Origin: Heptranchias perlo
Taxonomy: Eukaryota
Length of the DNA stretch: 64,000 bases
Reading direction: 5' to 3'
Assembly: GCF_035084215.1 (NCBI RefSeq)
Contig: NC_090365.1
Location: 13,454,001-13,518,000 of the forward strand
The position numbers and the translations under genes were made by a program. Under the pieces are notes generated by a model that saw only the letters and a list, made by a program, of their open reading frames with translations, was not told the origin of the DNA and did not search any database. Positions 14,538 to 27,877 of the stretch are shown here, piece after piece (the first letter of the stretch is position 1; each line of letters begins with the position of its first letter).

Positions 14538-14926
14538 AAGGGGAATTTTAACCAGCCAGGAATTGAACAATTCATGCACCTGATTTGCAGCAAAGGAAAT
14601 TCAATCACCTCAACCCAGAACCTCCCTTTCGCTAGCACCATGTAAAAAACAAATCACAAAAGTGGAGGTTTGTAGCTATGATGGTCCCAAAACATCACCA
14701 AGGGCTTGGCTTGCTCATGGTTTTTATATCAATTTGGTACTAAATAGTAACTTTTTTGTTGCTGTAAATGTTTGACTAGGCTGGAAATAGTGATTTTTAT
14801 CACAGGACGCAGTTCATTCTTGTCCAGATAAATGCTCCAAAAAAGATTGCTCTTTGTACCTGGCACTGTTCACAGTTCCAATGTAAGCAGAAATGTTTGA
14901 AAGGGAAGTTAGGTTTCTAGGTAAAT

Positions 14927-15120
14927 TCCATCACAGAGAGATACTTATCTATACTGTCCATCACAGAGAGATACTTATCTATACTGTCCATCACAGAGAG
15001 ATACTTATCTATACTGTCCATCACAGAGAGATACTTACCCATAGTGTCCATCACAGGCAGGTACACTTCCAATGGTCCATTCACAGAGAGGTACTTACCC
15101 ATACTGTCCATCACAGGCAG
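14927..15120. repeat. 30-bp minisatellite TCCATCACAGAGAGATACTTATCTATACTG
   Basis: direct reading, ~6 copies degenerating rightwards. Confidence 0.9.
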
Positions 15121-16744
15121 GAATTCAGTCATAGAGTTCTCCTACATCAGCTTTAAAATAATTGGTGTTTAGTTTTGCAGACCTCTGACTTTGGTCTGTC
15201 TCTGTCTGTATAGAGCCTTTAAGCCTCCGATTCAGGAAACCTGTGTGGAGCAGATACATGGGGGTGAGTTCAGGCGAGCAGACGCTTTCAGAACTCCTGG
15301 GACCTCACTATCCTGGTCTCATAGCAATTGGCATTAGTGGATATTTCCTATATTATTTTTCAAGCTTCCGCCAACTAATAATCCCAGCTCACCTGCAGTC
15401 TGAAGCAGGACCAGCTGAGTTTGGAATTCATTAAAGCAATGCACGCAACTAAACAAGTGTTTGTTAAAAAAATGTATCAGGAGGGACCAACACACAATAA
15501 ATAAAAGTGCACATCCGTAAATGTAATAATTTAACCTTTAAATATATGTGGTTTTTCTTAAAATACTTTTGCCTTTCAATGAACATGTATGGAGTTATGG
15601 GATATCTTGAAATCGCTTGAGGATTTTGATGCTGTCTAGGAGATTTCAGCAGCTTTAAGCAGAAACCTGTGTTTGTTTCTGCCTTCTCTGGTGGCGGCAT
15701 GACAGAAAATGAATCAGGGTTTGTTTCTGTGTGGCTCGATGGGTGGCTGCCATCTTGCCTGGGTTCATGCATCTCAGGATAAGCATGTGGACAGAAAATT
15801 CCGGCTCAGACTTAATCCTCCATCAGGTGGAGCTCTCTAGGTGCTGGGATTGAAACAAGATAAGGAGAGTCCACAACGCATTGTTAATCCCCAGATACGA
15901 AACACGACAAAACGGGATACTCTCCGCCAACCAGCCATGAAGCAGCGAACGGAATCAGGCGTGGAAAAGATAATCAACGATCAAAATACAAACAAACGGT
16001 CTTTTATCAGGTGAAATTCTAAGAGCGAACTCCCTCTAAGTTTGGTTTTGCTTTAAGAGCCCAGTTGTAACTCGGTATTGGTACAGGTCACTAATAAGCA
16101 AACACAAGCAGAAAAGGAGGAGGTGTAATTCTGGGCTTGCAAGCAGCGTCAGGGGGTGATGGGCCCAAACACTCACATGCACTATTAACAGATGCATAGT
16201 TTTAGTTGGTGAAGGAACAACAGATCTACGAGCTGGGCGACTGGTAACAAAGCATCTGCTCACCACAATGTCACTGATGGCGGTACAGAGAGGACGAACA
16301 AAGCAATTTACACTTTCACACAGGTCGCATGCACATCTCTTGCAAGGCCAGTGAATTGTGTGGGGGGGGGGGGGGTCAGGGATCAGGGCGTGATAAGTTT
16401 GCAGAGAGACGTTTGCGATACTTTCGTTGGTGCAGAAAACCATCAGGTAACCACGGTAACAGTGAACCGACAACTCAACGAGCACTTAAAGAGACAGCGT
16501 CCCCCTCACTGAATAAAACGACTGTATTAAACAAGAAACACAGAAGGCCACACTGTATTGTGTGGCAGGAGCTCCAGGCCGCTGTGTGTAGCCAGTAATT
16601 AAGGCTCCCACTCCCTATGGCTTTTTACAGCTTTTTGCCATGATTACATTTTATTAAATTATTTGCTATATCTAAGATTAAATAAAGTAAGTTTGGGAAA
16701 CTCGCAGATTGGGAATATTTCTTAAAGGGGCTTTGATGTCTTCT

Positions 16745-17030
16745 TATTACAGCACAGGAACAGGCCATTCGGCCCAGCTGGTCCATGCCAGTGTTTATGC
16801 TCCCCACGAGCCTATTCCCACCCTACACCATCTCACCCTATCAACTTAACCTTCTATTCCTTTCTCCCTCATGTACTTATCTAGCTTCCCCTTAAAGGCA
16901 TCTCTGCTATTCGCCTCGACTACTCCATGTGGTAGCGAGTTCCACATTCTAACCACTCTCTGGGTAAAGAAGTTTCTCCTGTATTCTTTATTGGTTTATC
17001 AGTGACTATCTTTTATTTATGGCCCCTAAA
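16745..17030 (-). mobile_element. CR1 3'-end fragment
   Basis: acagcacaggaacaggccattcggccc...gagttccacattctaaccactctctgggt. Confidence 0.8.
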
Positions 17031-17548
17031 TAATTTCTACCCTGATCATTTTACCATTAGGAATCCATCAGTTTCAGCTCAAGCTCTGTAGCCCTGCCGC
17101 CAATTCCATCCCCTCCCTGGTCTCACGATCTCAGATTGAACTATTATTTGTTGTGCTGTTTTTTGCAGGTACATCCAACCCCTGAAGCATCCTTGCATTG
17201 CAAACCCTGACATTGGCCTGTTTAAGAGCATGGGGCACAGACCATCTGATGTTCTATTTGATCTCTCGCTGGCATTCTTGACAAAAAAAAAGACCAGTTT
17301 TGAAAAGTGAAGCCAGCGTGCTTGTGACGGAGATACATTACCATGAGCGACTACTGATCACGAGGTGTTTAACTGGGAGGAGAAAAATATTGAAGGATCT
17401 GTAGCAAGAGCGGGGAAAGAGGTTTAGTGCGGATAACTCTGATGTGGAGCTTGCACTGACACAAGCAGGAGCCAGTCGATCTGCTTGTGTATTGACATTT
17501 TTATGATTCTATATCATCGTAAATTCCTTGACTTGGTCACAAACATCA

Positions 17549-17925
17549 CTGCCTGAAAGGGCGGTGGAAGCAGGTTCAATAGTAACTTTCAAAAGGTAAT
17601 TGGATAAATAAATGAAACTGTTTCCACTGGCAGGAGGGTCGGTAACCAGAGGACACAGATTTAAGGTAATTGGCAAAAGAACCAGAGGGGGAGATGAGGA
17701 GAATTTTTTTTAACGCAGCGAGTTGTTCTGATCTGGAACGCGCTGCCTGAAAGGGCGGTGGAAGCAGATTCAATAGTAACTTTCAAAAAGGGAATTGAAG
17801 TGGAGAAATTTGCAGGGCTCTGGGGAAAGAGCAGGGGAGTGGGACTAATTGGATAGCTCTTTCAGAGAGCCGGCACAGGCACGATGGGCCGAATGGCCTC
17901 CTCCTGTGCTGTATGATTCCATGAT
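17549..17925 (+). mobile_element. CR1 3'-end fragment with an internally duplicated segment
   Basis: same sequence as the tail of the 21925-24696 copy. Confidence 0.85.
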
Positions 17926-18474
17926 ATTGCATTGAAGTATAAGGAGATACCACAGTGCCAGAATTTAACGGCATTGCAAATGAAATTAAAAAGTGTAATA
18001 TACAAATGAGATATTTTCCTGAGGTGAAAAGGTTAATAGCAATAACAGAGATTTCCAATTTGAAAAGCTTCAGGTTAGATATTGTATTTGCAATTTCGAA
18101 TTGCAGGGCTGGGAGTTAATTAGAAGCGATACAAACCAGGGCTGGAAATTGCACTCACCGAATAGCCTGGGGCTCATTGCCTTCTGATTTTTGCTTCAAG
18201 TAACAGCAAAACAAATAGACCGGCAAATTCAGCAGCTTCTTTGTGTCTGAATGTTTTAATGGCTTCTGATGTGTATATAAAGCAAAGGCCTTGATTTTAA
18301 CCCTGCGACTGAGATACAAGAGCAGGAATTGAAAGAGAAAAGACAAGTTAACGATTCGAGTTAATACCGGTTCCAAATAAAGGTCTGCGCCCAAAATCGT
18401 GACTTTTTAAAAAACTTTTTAGACGCTGACTGTATTTCTGATGCTTTCTGCTCTTCTATTCAGCACTTGCAGTT

Positions 18475-18480
18475 TTTATT
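18475..18480 (-). terminator. candidate polyadenylation signal (AATAAA) for the snap25 3' UTR
   Basis: tttatt on + strand, about 880 nt downstream of the stop codon on the minus strand; the UTR may extend further. Confidence 0.35.
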
Positions 18481-19359
18481 TCTAAGAGAAATAATGGCCT
18501 ATTGCACGCATAATTCCAACTTCAATCCCAGGTCTCTTTAAGGACGTGCAGGGGAACGCTGTCTCTAAAATAAACAAGTGCAGCTCAGTTCTGATCAATG
18601 CCCATCTGACCCCAGCCTGGAACCCCAATTCCCTCACATTAAGTCCTGGTATAAGCATCACATTTCTAACCATAATAGAATTAACAAACAAACAAAAAAA
18701 AATAGCAGAGCATACTTATCGACGAAATAATACAAGCAAAATTTTAGATACCAGGAGACAAAACTAAACGGGGAGGCTTCCAGTCCTGTGGTCACAGCTC
18801 CAGCAAACTGCACTGTGATAAGAATTCACCCGCATGAATTCACACCGAGGTTTGTCCCATCACAAACTGTGCTCTTTGTCAGTCCTCCAGCCTCCTCTTC
18901 TTCTTGGTGCCTGTGATTTCTGTATCAGAGCAGCACCTCCCCTTACTGTACTGGTGTGACATTTTAAAGAAGGTCGAGGGATCTGCGGTACGTTTTATCA
19001 GGGTTCAGCTGCACACATCGAGCTTGATTCATGCTCATCTTATCACATGATTACAGAGACAAATTCATTCATTGAAAAGGAACCCATCAGCACAGAGATA
19101 GAAATGAAACCGTACACTTGGTCTACTCCGGGCAGGCAATTCACACACATCAACACTAAAATATACACCTGACACAACTGGAACATTTCGCTACACTGAG
19201 AAATGATAAAATAAATTAAAATGTACAGAATGATATTGACCCTTGTGGTTTCCTATCACAGCACAGGGACTTGCCCCTCCAGGACCTTTCAGATGCTGCA
19301 ATGGATGATGGGATGGGTGTCTCTGGCAGAAAGGAGGATTTTTCTCATTTGGAAGCACC

Positions 19360-19419
19360 TCACAGCATCTTGTTAGCGTGCTTGTTGGCTTCGTTGATGC
19401 GGTCTTTGTTCATATCACC
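19360..19419 (-). CDS. snap25: SNAP-25 family last coding exon (GDMNKDRINEANKHANKML*)
   Basis: strong polypyrimidine acceptor tctttttctgttttcctttccag|GGT; 19 codons plus TGA; homologous to mammalian ADSNKTRIDEANQRATKML. Confidence 0.95.
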   Translation of the reverse strand, partial: GDMNKDRINEANKHANKML

Positions 19420-19473
19420 CTGGAAAGGAAAACAGAAAAAGATTGGAGGGGCAGCGGAGTGAAGATTTACTTT

Positions 19474-19809
19474 NNNNNNNNNNNNNNNNNNNNNNNNNNN
19501 NNNNNNNNNNNNNNNNNNNNNNNNNNNNNNNNNNNNNNNNNNNNNNNNNNNNNNNNNNNNNNNNNNNNNNNNNNNNNNNNNNNNNNNNNNNNNNNNNNNN
19601 NNNNNNNNNNNNNNNNNNNNNNNNNNNNNNNNNNNNNNNNNNNNNNNNNNNNNNNNNNNNNNNNNNNNNNNNNNNNNNNNNNNNNNNNNNNNNNNNNNNN
19701 NNNNNNNNNNNNNNNNNNNNNNNNNNNNNNNNNNNNNNNNNNNNNNNNNNNNNNNNNNNNNNNNNNNNNNNNNNNNNNNNNNNNNNNNNNNNNNNNNATG
19801 TATGGTGTA

Positions 19810-19841
<32 letters not shown>

Positions 19842-20103
19842 GGGTGNNNNNNNNNNNNNNNNNNNNNNNNNNNNNNNNNNNNNNNNNNNNNNNNNNNNNN
19901 NNNNNNNNNNNNNNNNNNNNNNNNNNNNNNNNNNNNNNNNNNNNNNNNNNNNNNNNNNNNNNNNNNNNNNNNNNNNNNNNNNNNNNNNNNNNNNNNNNNN
20001 NNNNNNNNNNNNNNNNNNNNNNNNNNNNNNNNNNNNNNNNNNNNNNNNNNNNNNNNNNNNNNNNNNNNNNNNNNNNNNNNNNNNNNNNNNNNNNNNNNNN
20101 NNN
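19474..20103. other. assembly gaps (N runs 19474-19797 and 19847-20103) around a (TG)n island
   Basis: N characters. Confidence 0.99.
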
Positions 20104-21387
20104 GACTAAAAGTTTCTCCATTGTACTTATGCAAAAATTACGCTGATTTCCGCCGGGTTTCTGCGCCGATCTTGCCGACAGGAAATTACACCTGAATTAC
20201 CTGCTTTGCTCACTCGCCGAGGCTGGAATATAAAAGCCGGCGTAAAACAAGCACGAATGCGGCGCCACTAATCTGTCACGGCGCCTCACGCCCACAGCCT
20301 CTTGCCCCTTGGTAGGGGGCTGCACTGAGACTGACAGCACCTTGGTTATGTATAGAGCTGGTCTCATTAAGAATTTAAAAAAAAATTAAATTGCGAGGAA
20401 AATCGCTATTAAACTCCAGAAATCTCTGGTCCACCAATATCAGGTGACTTTGCGCCGTGCTGCACCTTTGACGCTAGTGCATTATTTGCGTAAATCCAGG
20501 AAACTAGCACGAGCTGGCCTTGTGCATTGGCGGGTGGGGGCTACGTAAATGAGGGGCAGAGGGTTTCAGCGGACATAGCTGGGAAGTGGCACAAACAACC
20601 AAGGAAACTCATGTATCTACCCTATCAAATCCTCGAGTCATCTTTTCCTTTTGCTATTTCCAGTTTTTAATGACCACATGTAAAATAATGGAATTGATTA
20701 TAAGGAATAAACTCGAGGACTATCGAGGCGGCAACAGCCCAGTAAACCAGGAGACAACATGGCTTTAGACAGGGAACTATCTTGATTTCCTCGAGGAAGT
20801 CACAACCCAAGTTGCCTGCGGTAAATCCTATGAGTTAGGCATCCAAAAGGCATTCGGTGAAGTCGCAAGGGTTGTGAATCTTTGGAATTCTCTACTCCAG
20901 AGGGCTGTGGATGCTCAGTCGTTGAGTATATTGAAGACTGAGATCACTGGATTTTTGGACACTAAGGGAATTAACAGATATGGGGATAGGGAGGGAAAGT
21001 GGAGTTGAGGTCGAAGATCAGCCATGGTCTCACTGAATGGCGGAGCAGGCTTGAGGGGCCATATGGCCTATACCTGCTCCCATTTCTTATGTTCTTTTGT
21101 CCCACCCAGAAGGCTACTAATTAAGGTCAAAGCTGCGGGGGATCAGGGCAAACTTGGGGATGGATAAGAAACTGGCTGAAGGGTAGGGAAACAATGGGTA
21201 CTAGGTTAGAGGGGTAATGTTAGGGTGAGGCTTAGTGTTGGGGCTAATACTGTTTCTAATTTCTTTCAATGACTTCAAGTTCTGAAACTCAATACAAATT
21301 GATTACATTTGCAGATGATACCAAACTAGAAGGGGCAGTGGAATCAAAGGAGGCAGCCCAGAAACTGTAGAATGAATTAACCAAAAT

Positions 21388-21835
21388 GGGGGTTAAGTTT
21401 GGGAGCGCCAACTCCCGCGCCAGCGTTAGTACCCCGTGCACAAACGGTGAGGTCTGAGGAGCCCCGGATATTGGGCCTCGGACCTCATAACGAAGAAGGC
21501 TGTGGGAGGAGGTCGATGCCCCAACTTTAGGCCACAGGACTTGAATGCAGGATCAGAGGGCTGAGTCGGGATCGAGGACTTTGGGCTTGCTGTAGGTGGG
21601 GGGAGGGAGATCGGGGGAGGTCGGAGGTCGGGGATCTCGGGACCAGGAGCAGCAGCGATTGGGATGGTGGTTGTGGGAAGTAACTTACCTTTTTTTTTGT
21701 TTAAAGCACACCTCTTGTTTGTCCTTACCCAATATGACGGGTGGCGTCAGAAGTGTGCACGCGCTTCCTGCCCGCCATTTTGTAGCCTTTGGAGGCTGCG
21801 TAGCGTCTGAAAAACGGGGGCCAATTTAACCCCCC
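21388..21835. mobile_element. non-autonomous DNA transposon (MITE, PIF/Harbinger-like termini)
   Basis: terminal inverted repeats GGGGGTTAAGTTTGG ... CCAATTTAACCCCC; non-coding CpG-rich interior; TSD not clear. Confidence 0.6.
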
Positions 21836-21924
21836 TTATAGGAGTGGCCCAAATAATGGCAGATGAAATTTAATGCAAACAAATGAAAAGTGGGCAACAC
21901 ATATACTTCATGAATGGTTGTGAG

Positions 21925-24696
21925 ACCTGGCTCTAAAAAGGGCAGGATTGGGTACTAAATATTCCTGTTCAAGGTGTTCAGGAAAGATAGGGAAGGAAAG
22001 AAAGGAGGGGGGAGGCAGTATTGATTAAGGAGAATATTGCAGTGCTGGAAAGGGAGGATGTCCTGGAGGAGTCAACGACAGAATCTATTTGGTTAGAGTT
22101 AAGAAACAATAGAGGTGCCATTACACTACTGGGTGTATTCTATAGGCCACCAACTAGTAGGAAGGATATGGAGGAGCAAATTTGCAGGGAAATTACAGAG
22201 AGGTGCAAGAACTATAGACCAGTGATAATGGGAGACTTCAACTATCCTAATATAGACTGGGATAGTAATAGTGCATAGGGCAACGAGGGGGAGGAATTTT
22301 TGAAGTGTGTTCAAGAGAACTTTCTTGATCTGTATGTTTCAGGCCCAACGAGGAAGGAGGCATTGCTGGATCTAGTTCTGGGGAATGAGGTGGGTCAAGT
22401 GGAGCAAGTGTCAATGGGGGAACATTTAGGGAACAGCGATCATAGTATCATAAGGTTTAGATTAGTTATGGAAAAGGACAAGGAGCAATCTAGAGTAAAA
22501 ATACTTAATTGGAGGAGGGCCAATTTCAGGTGGTTGAGAACGGATCTGGCCCGGGTAAATTGGAATCAAAGATTGGCAGGCAAAACTGTAATCGAACAAT
22601 GGGCGGCCTTTAAAGGGGAGATGGTTCGGGTACAGTCGGGGTACATTCTCACGTGAGAGAAAGGTCAGGCAACTAAAGCCAGAGCTCCCTGGATGACGAA
22701 AGAGATACAGAGTAAGATGAAGCAGATAAAAGGGGCGTTTGACAGATGTCAGGTTAATAATACAAGTGAGAACCAGGCTGAATATAGAAAGTACAGAGGG
22801 GAAGTGAAAAAGGAAATAAGAGGGGCAAAGAGAGAGTATGAGAATAGACTGACGGCCAACATAAAAGGGAATCCAAAAGTCTTCTATAGGCATATAAACA
22901 TTAAACGGGTAGTAAGTGGAGGGGTGGGGCCGATTAGGGACCAAAAAGGAGATCTACGCATTAGAGGCAGAGGGCATGGCCAAGGTACTAAATGAGTACT
23001 TTGCATCTGACTTTACCAAGGAAGAAGATGCTGCCAAAGTCACAGTAAAAGAGGAGGTAGTTGAGATACTAGATAGGCTAAAAATTGATAAAGAGGAGGT
23101 TCTAGAAAGGCTGGCTGTACTTAAAGTAGATAAATCACTTGGTCCGGATGGGCTGCATCCTGATGCTGAGGGAAGTAAGGGTGGAAATTGTGGAGGTACT
23201 GGTCATAATCTTCCAATCCTCCTTAGATATGGGGGTGGTGCCAGAGGACTGGAGAATTGCAAATGTTACACCTTTATTCAAAAAAAGGGTGTAAGGATAA
23301 ACCCAGCAACTACAGGCCAGTCAGTTTAACCTTGGTGGTGGGGAAGCTTTTAGAAACGATAATCCGGGACAAAGTTAATAATCACTTGGACAAGTGTGGA
23401 TTAATCAAGGAAAGCCATATGGATTTGTTAAAGGCAAATCATGTTTAACTACCTTGACTGATTTTTTTGATGAGGTAATATAAAGGGTTGATGAGGGCAA
23501 TGCGGTTGATGTGGTGTATTTTCAAAAAGCGTTTGATAAAGTGGCACATATTAGGCTTGTCAGCAAAATTGAAGCCCGTGGAATAAAAGGGGGCAATGGC
23601 AGCATGGATACAGAATTGGCTAAGTGACAGGAAACAGAGAGTAGTGGTGAATGGTTGTTTTTTGGACTGGAGGGAGCTGTACAGTGGTGTTCCCCAGGGG
23701 TCGGTGCTGGGACCACTGCTTTTCTTGATATATATTAATGACTTGGACTTAGGTGTACTTGGCACAATTTCAAAATTTGCAGGTGACACAAAACTTGGAA
23801 GTGTAATAAACAGTGAGGAGAATAGTGATAGACTTCAAGAGGACATAGACAGGCTGGTGGAATGGGCAGACACATGGCAGATGCAATTTAACGCAGAGAA
23901 GTGTGAAGTGATACATTTTGGCAGGAAGAATGAGGAGAGGCAATATAAACTAAATGGTACAATTCTAAAGGTGGTGCAGGAACAGAGAGACTTGGGGGTA
24001 TATATGCCCAAATCTTGAAGGGGGCAGGACAGGTTGAGAAAGCGATTAAAAAAGCATACGGGATCCTGGGCTTTATAAGTAGAGGTATAGAGTACAAAAA
24101 CAAGGAAGTTATGATGAGCCTTTATAAATCACTGGTTCGGCCACAACTGGAGTATTGTGTCCAGTTCTGGGCACCGCACTTTAGGAAGGATGTGAAGGCC
24201 TTAGAGAGAGTCCAGAAAAGATTTACCAGAATGGTTCCAGGGATGAGGGACTTCAGTTTCGTGGATAGACTGGAGAAGCTGGGGTTGTTCTCCTTAGAGC
24301 AGAGATGGTTGAGAGGAGATTTGATTGAAGTGTTCAAAATCATGAAGGGTTTAGATAACATAAGTAAAGAGAAACTGTTCCCATTGGCGGAAGGGTCAAG
24401 AACCAGAGGACATAGATTTAAAGTGATTGGCAAAAGAACCAAAGGCGACATGAGGAAAACTTTTTTTACGCAGCGAGTTGTTATGATCTGGAATACACTG
24501 CCTGAAAGGGCGGTGGAAGCAGATTCAATCATGGCTTTCAAAAAGGAATTGGATAAATATTTGAAGGGAAAAAGTTTGCAGGGCTATAGGGAAAGAGCGG
24601 GGGAATGGGACTAACTGGATTGCTCTTACAAAGAGCCGGCACGGTCTCGATAGGCCAAATAGCCTCCTTCTGTGCTGTAATCATTCTATGATTCTA
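21925..24696 (+). mobile_element. 5'-truncated CR1 LINE ORF2 (APE endonuclease C-half plus RT), frameshifted, with 3' UTR and tail
   Basis: GVFYRPP, IMGDFNYPNIDW, LGNSDH, NYRPVSLT, GVPQGSVLGPLLFLIYINDL, KFAGDTK, WNTLP; ends attctatgattct. Confidence 0.96.
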
Positions 24697-25247
24697 AATA
24701 GTTAAGGACGAAGTTCAAACTGATCTTGGAGTCTTAGTAGACTCAACAGTCAACATTTCTAGACAATGCAGAGCAGCGATCGGACAAGGCTGAAAGAATG
24801 TTGAAACACACTGTATAGGGTTCTGGTCAGACCACACTTTGTGTGCGGTGTCCAGTTCTGGTCACTGAGAAACAAGGGAGACATTCAAACACTGGAGGCA
24901 TTACAGGGAGGAGACTAGTGTCTCGGGTCTGAGTTGCAAGGAAAGACTGGAGAGACTTGGGCATTTCAGCCTGGAAAGGAGGCGTTTGAGAAGTGATCTT
25001 ATAGAGGTATACGATAGTAAATGGTATGGAAAAGGCTAAATCAGAATACCACTTTAAATTAAACAGTAGGAATACGACAGCGGTTTAAATTAGTTAACAG
25101 TAACTTTCGGACTGTTATCAGGAGGTTCTTCCTCAGGCAGAGAGTGGCCAACACTTGGAATGGACTTCACTGCACAGCAATGGAGGTGAAAACCCCGGAA
25201 TCATTTGAGAAACTTATAAATGCAGCAATGGTGGGAGTGCAGGGTTA

Positions 25248-25425
25248 CATACGAACACGTGACATCCGACATATGAACACACAAACACATGACATACGAA
25301 CACACAACATACTGACATACGAACATATGACATCCCGACATCCGAACATATGACATACAAACATACGACACACAAACACGTGGACATACAAACACATGGA
25401 CATACGAACATATGACATTCGAGCT
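25248..25425. repeat. degenerate ACATACGAAC/ACATGAC microrepeat
   Basis: direct reading. Confidence 0.75.
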
Positions 25426-26504
25426 TACGAAATGGACGGGCAGGAAAAGACCAGCTAGTCCATCAAGCCTGCCCACACCATGATGGCCAGATAATCGTGG
25501 CTAAACACTTCTTCCCTCCCCCTCCCACCCACCCCCGCAGCCATGTAATCTCTTGGGAGAGGCAAACAAACAAAGATAAATCCCAGTTCTGGATGGATGA
25601 ATTAAGATGGGCCAAATGGCCTTCCTGATCCGTAAGTATCTTGTGCTCTTATCACTAGTCTCTGACTTCTTCAACCCCTCTAGTCATCGGAAAGGGATTA
25701 TCATCGTTCCCCGCAATGAAAGGGCTAGCGTTTGATTGCTCCCTCAAATGACCAGACAGTGCTTGTTTATTTACAGTTTGGTACAGTGAGGCTGTTATCT
25801 GGAATAGAGGGAGTGGGTAGTGAGACTTAGCAAAGCCAAAAATCAATTACACTTCAGCCCCGGGGCGGAGAAATGAGTTCAGTCGGAGGCTGTTAAACAT
25901 AGAAGCCAGCCTACGGTCACCGTGGGTCACCAATTAATTGTAGCTCAGTAAGGATCCTCTTCTAGGCTGAATTAAGTCGTTGCATTGTGGAGATAGCTCT
26001 CAGCAAGCTTTTGTTATTTTGCTTTTATTTTTTGGTGACTATTGGTTCAGCGAGATGAGGGATCTTAGAGCTGGGAGCACTTTCCCTTTTCAAGCACCCA
26101 GTGCCAGCATCAAGCACTTTCAGGTCAGTTATGAAGTAAAGTTTGACTCGGCCTCAACATTGGGCCAAACCTTGCTGGAAAAATAATGGCGTGTTCATGA
26201 TGCTGTTTCACACAAACGGCATCTCACCCTTAGCCTCCCCATTATTTTTAAGAACTTGCACATTAATTGCCCATTAAACTCGCCACAGAAATTAACAGCA
26301 TAAGTACCCCATTAACGTTAATTGTTAATACAATGCGAATTAACCTCTTTGGGCCAGAAAGGGAACAATTTAAACTGTTCAATCTCATTCCTGCATGTAG
26401 TAAATTCTTCTTAGAGATTTAAAACATTTCAAATTTTAAAATCTTTTTCTTACTTTTCCTTTCTGTCTCTTTTTTTCTCTCTCTCTTAATCCAATCTTTC
26501 TTTC

Positions 26505-26960
26505 ATAGAAACATAGAAAATAGGAGCAGGAGTAGGCCATTCGGCCCTTCGAGCCTGCTCCGCCATTCAATATGATCATGGCTGATCCTCTATCTCAATA
26601 CCATATTCCCGCTCTCTCCCCATACTCCTTGATGCCTTTTGTGTCTAGAAATCTATCTAGCTCCTTCTTAAATATATTCAGTGACTTGGCCTCCACAGCC
26701 TTCTGTGGTAGAGAGTTCCATAGGTTCACCACCCTCCGAGTGAAGAAATTTCTCCTCATCTCAGTCCTAAATGTCCTACCCTGTATCCTGAGACTGTGAC
26801 CCCTCATTCTGGACCCCCCCCCCCCAGCCAGGGGAAACATCCTCCCTGCATCCAGTCTGTCTAGCCCTGTCAGAATTTTATATGTTTCAATGAGATCCCC
26901 TCTCATTCTTCTAAACTTGAGTGAATACAGGCCGAGTCGACCCAATCTCTCCTCACACGA
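26505..26960 (-). mobile_element. CR1 3' fragment (second subfamily, catagaaa tail)
   Basis: ORF 26595..26945 RGDLIETYKI...WNSLPQ. Confidence 0.9.
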
Positions 26961-27732
26961 CGGTCCTCTCTTTCTTTCATTTCTGTATCTAATTTGACTC
27001 TAATTCACCCTATTTCCTTCTCTGTCGTTCCTCTGTTCTTTCCGATAACACATACAATGCACCACAGAGCATAAACTGCAGACTTTCCCCCCTCCCATTT
27101 TAGTCTAATGGCTTTGCCCCATCACCGATGGCTTTCATATAACAGCGAACACAAAATCCAGGCTTTGACATCCTCTCTTGTGCCAACACTTCTTTTCCCC
27201 TCAATAACTCTAAACTTTCTAAGACTGAAGTCCATCTGAGATTTGAGTAAAGCTCCCACATCTGGGAAGGCTGTTCTAACACACTGCTGTTTAGGGCTCA
27301 AGAAACCGTATTGGCTGATAAATGGTCACATTACCACTTCTGGCCTTCAATCTCTGTCTCTCCATCGCAACTCTCCCTGTCTTTCTTTATTTTATAAATA
27401 TTATGATCAGTGCTTTTCTGAATATTCCTCTCTTCCCCTCCCTCATCACCACATATACCGTCCTGCACATTATCCCTCCTCACCGTGCTGAAACCAAGAC
27501 CCATTGCACAGTCCTGCTCTAACTCGCGCTTTCCTAGAACTTCTAAACTGTGGAACTCATCTCCTCCCTCAGTTCCTCCTGCGATCTACTGGCTTTCAAA
27601 ATCCAAGCTCGGTGTCACCAAACCACTACAACTCGATTTATCTCGTCTTCTCTTTCCCACCTTAGAAGTGTCCTACACTATGGCCCATTGCCCTTCACCG
27701 AGAATTTCCAACAATACAATTCAGCTTCTTAC

Positions 27733-27877
27733 CTTGACCACAATCCTGTCAATCTGGGCATTCTGGGAGCCGATCTCATTGCTCATGTCAAGCGCCATAT
27801 GTCGCAGGTTGCCGATGATACTGCCCACCTGATCCAGGTTCTCTTCCATCTCGTTTTCCCGAGCGTCTTCCGTGACT
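27733..27877 (-). CDS. snap25: SNAP-25 family exon 7 ([48 protein letters not shown])
   Basis: 145 bp; tttcag| acceptor, AAG|gtaag donor; C-terminal SNARE helix. Confidence 0.96.

Larger units (their letters stand above)
20650..25240 (+). mobile_element. old degenerate CR1 split by younger insertions (CR1 3' end ~20865-21098, MITE, long CR1)
   Basis: colinear decayed CR1 RT pieces: ...tttgcagatgataccaaacta (21309), tggcagatgaaatttaatgca (21857), tgtccagttctggtca (24849). Confidence 0.65.

Noticed and set aside
19360-20195. Long ORFs containing X runs
   Set aside because: Artefacts of N gaps; only 19360-19419 is a real exon
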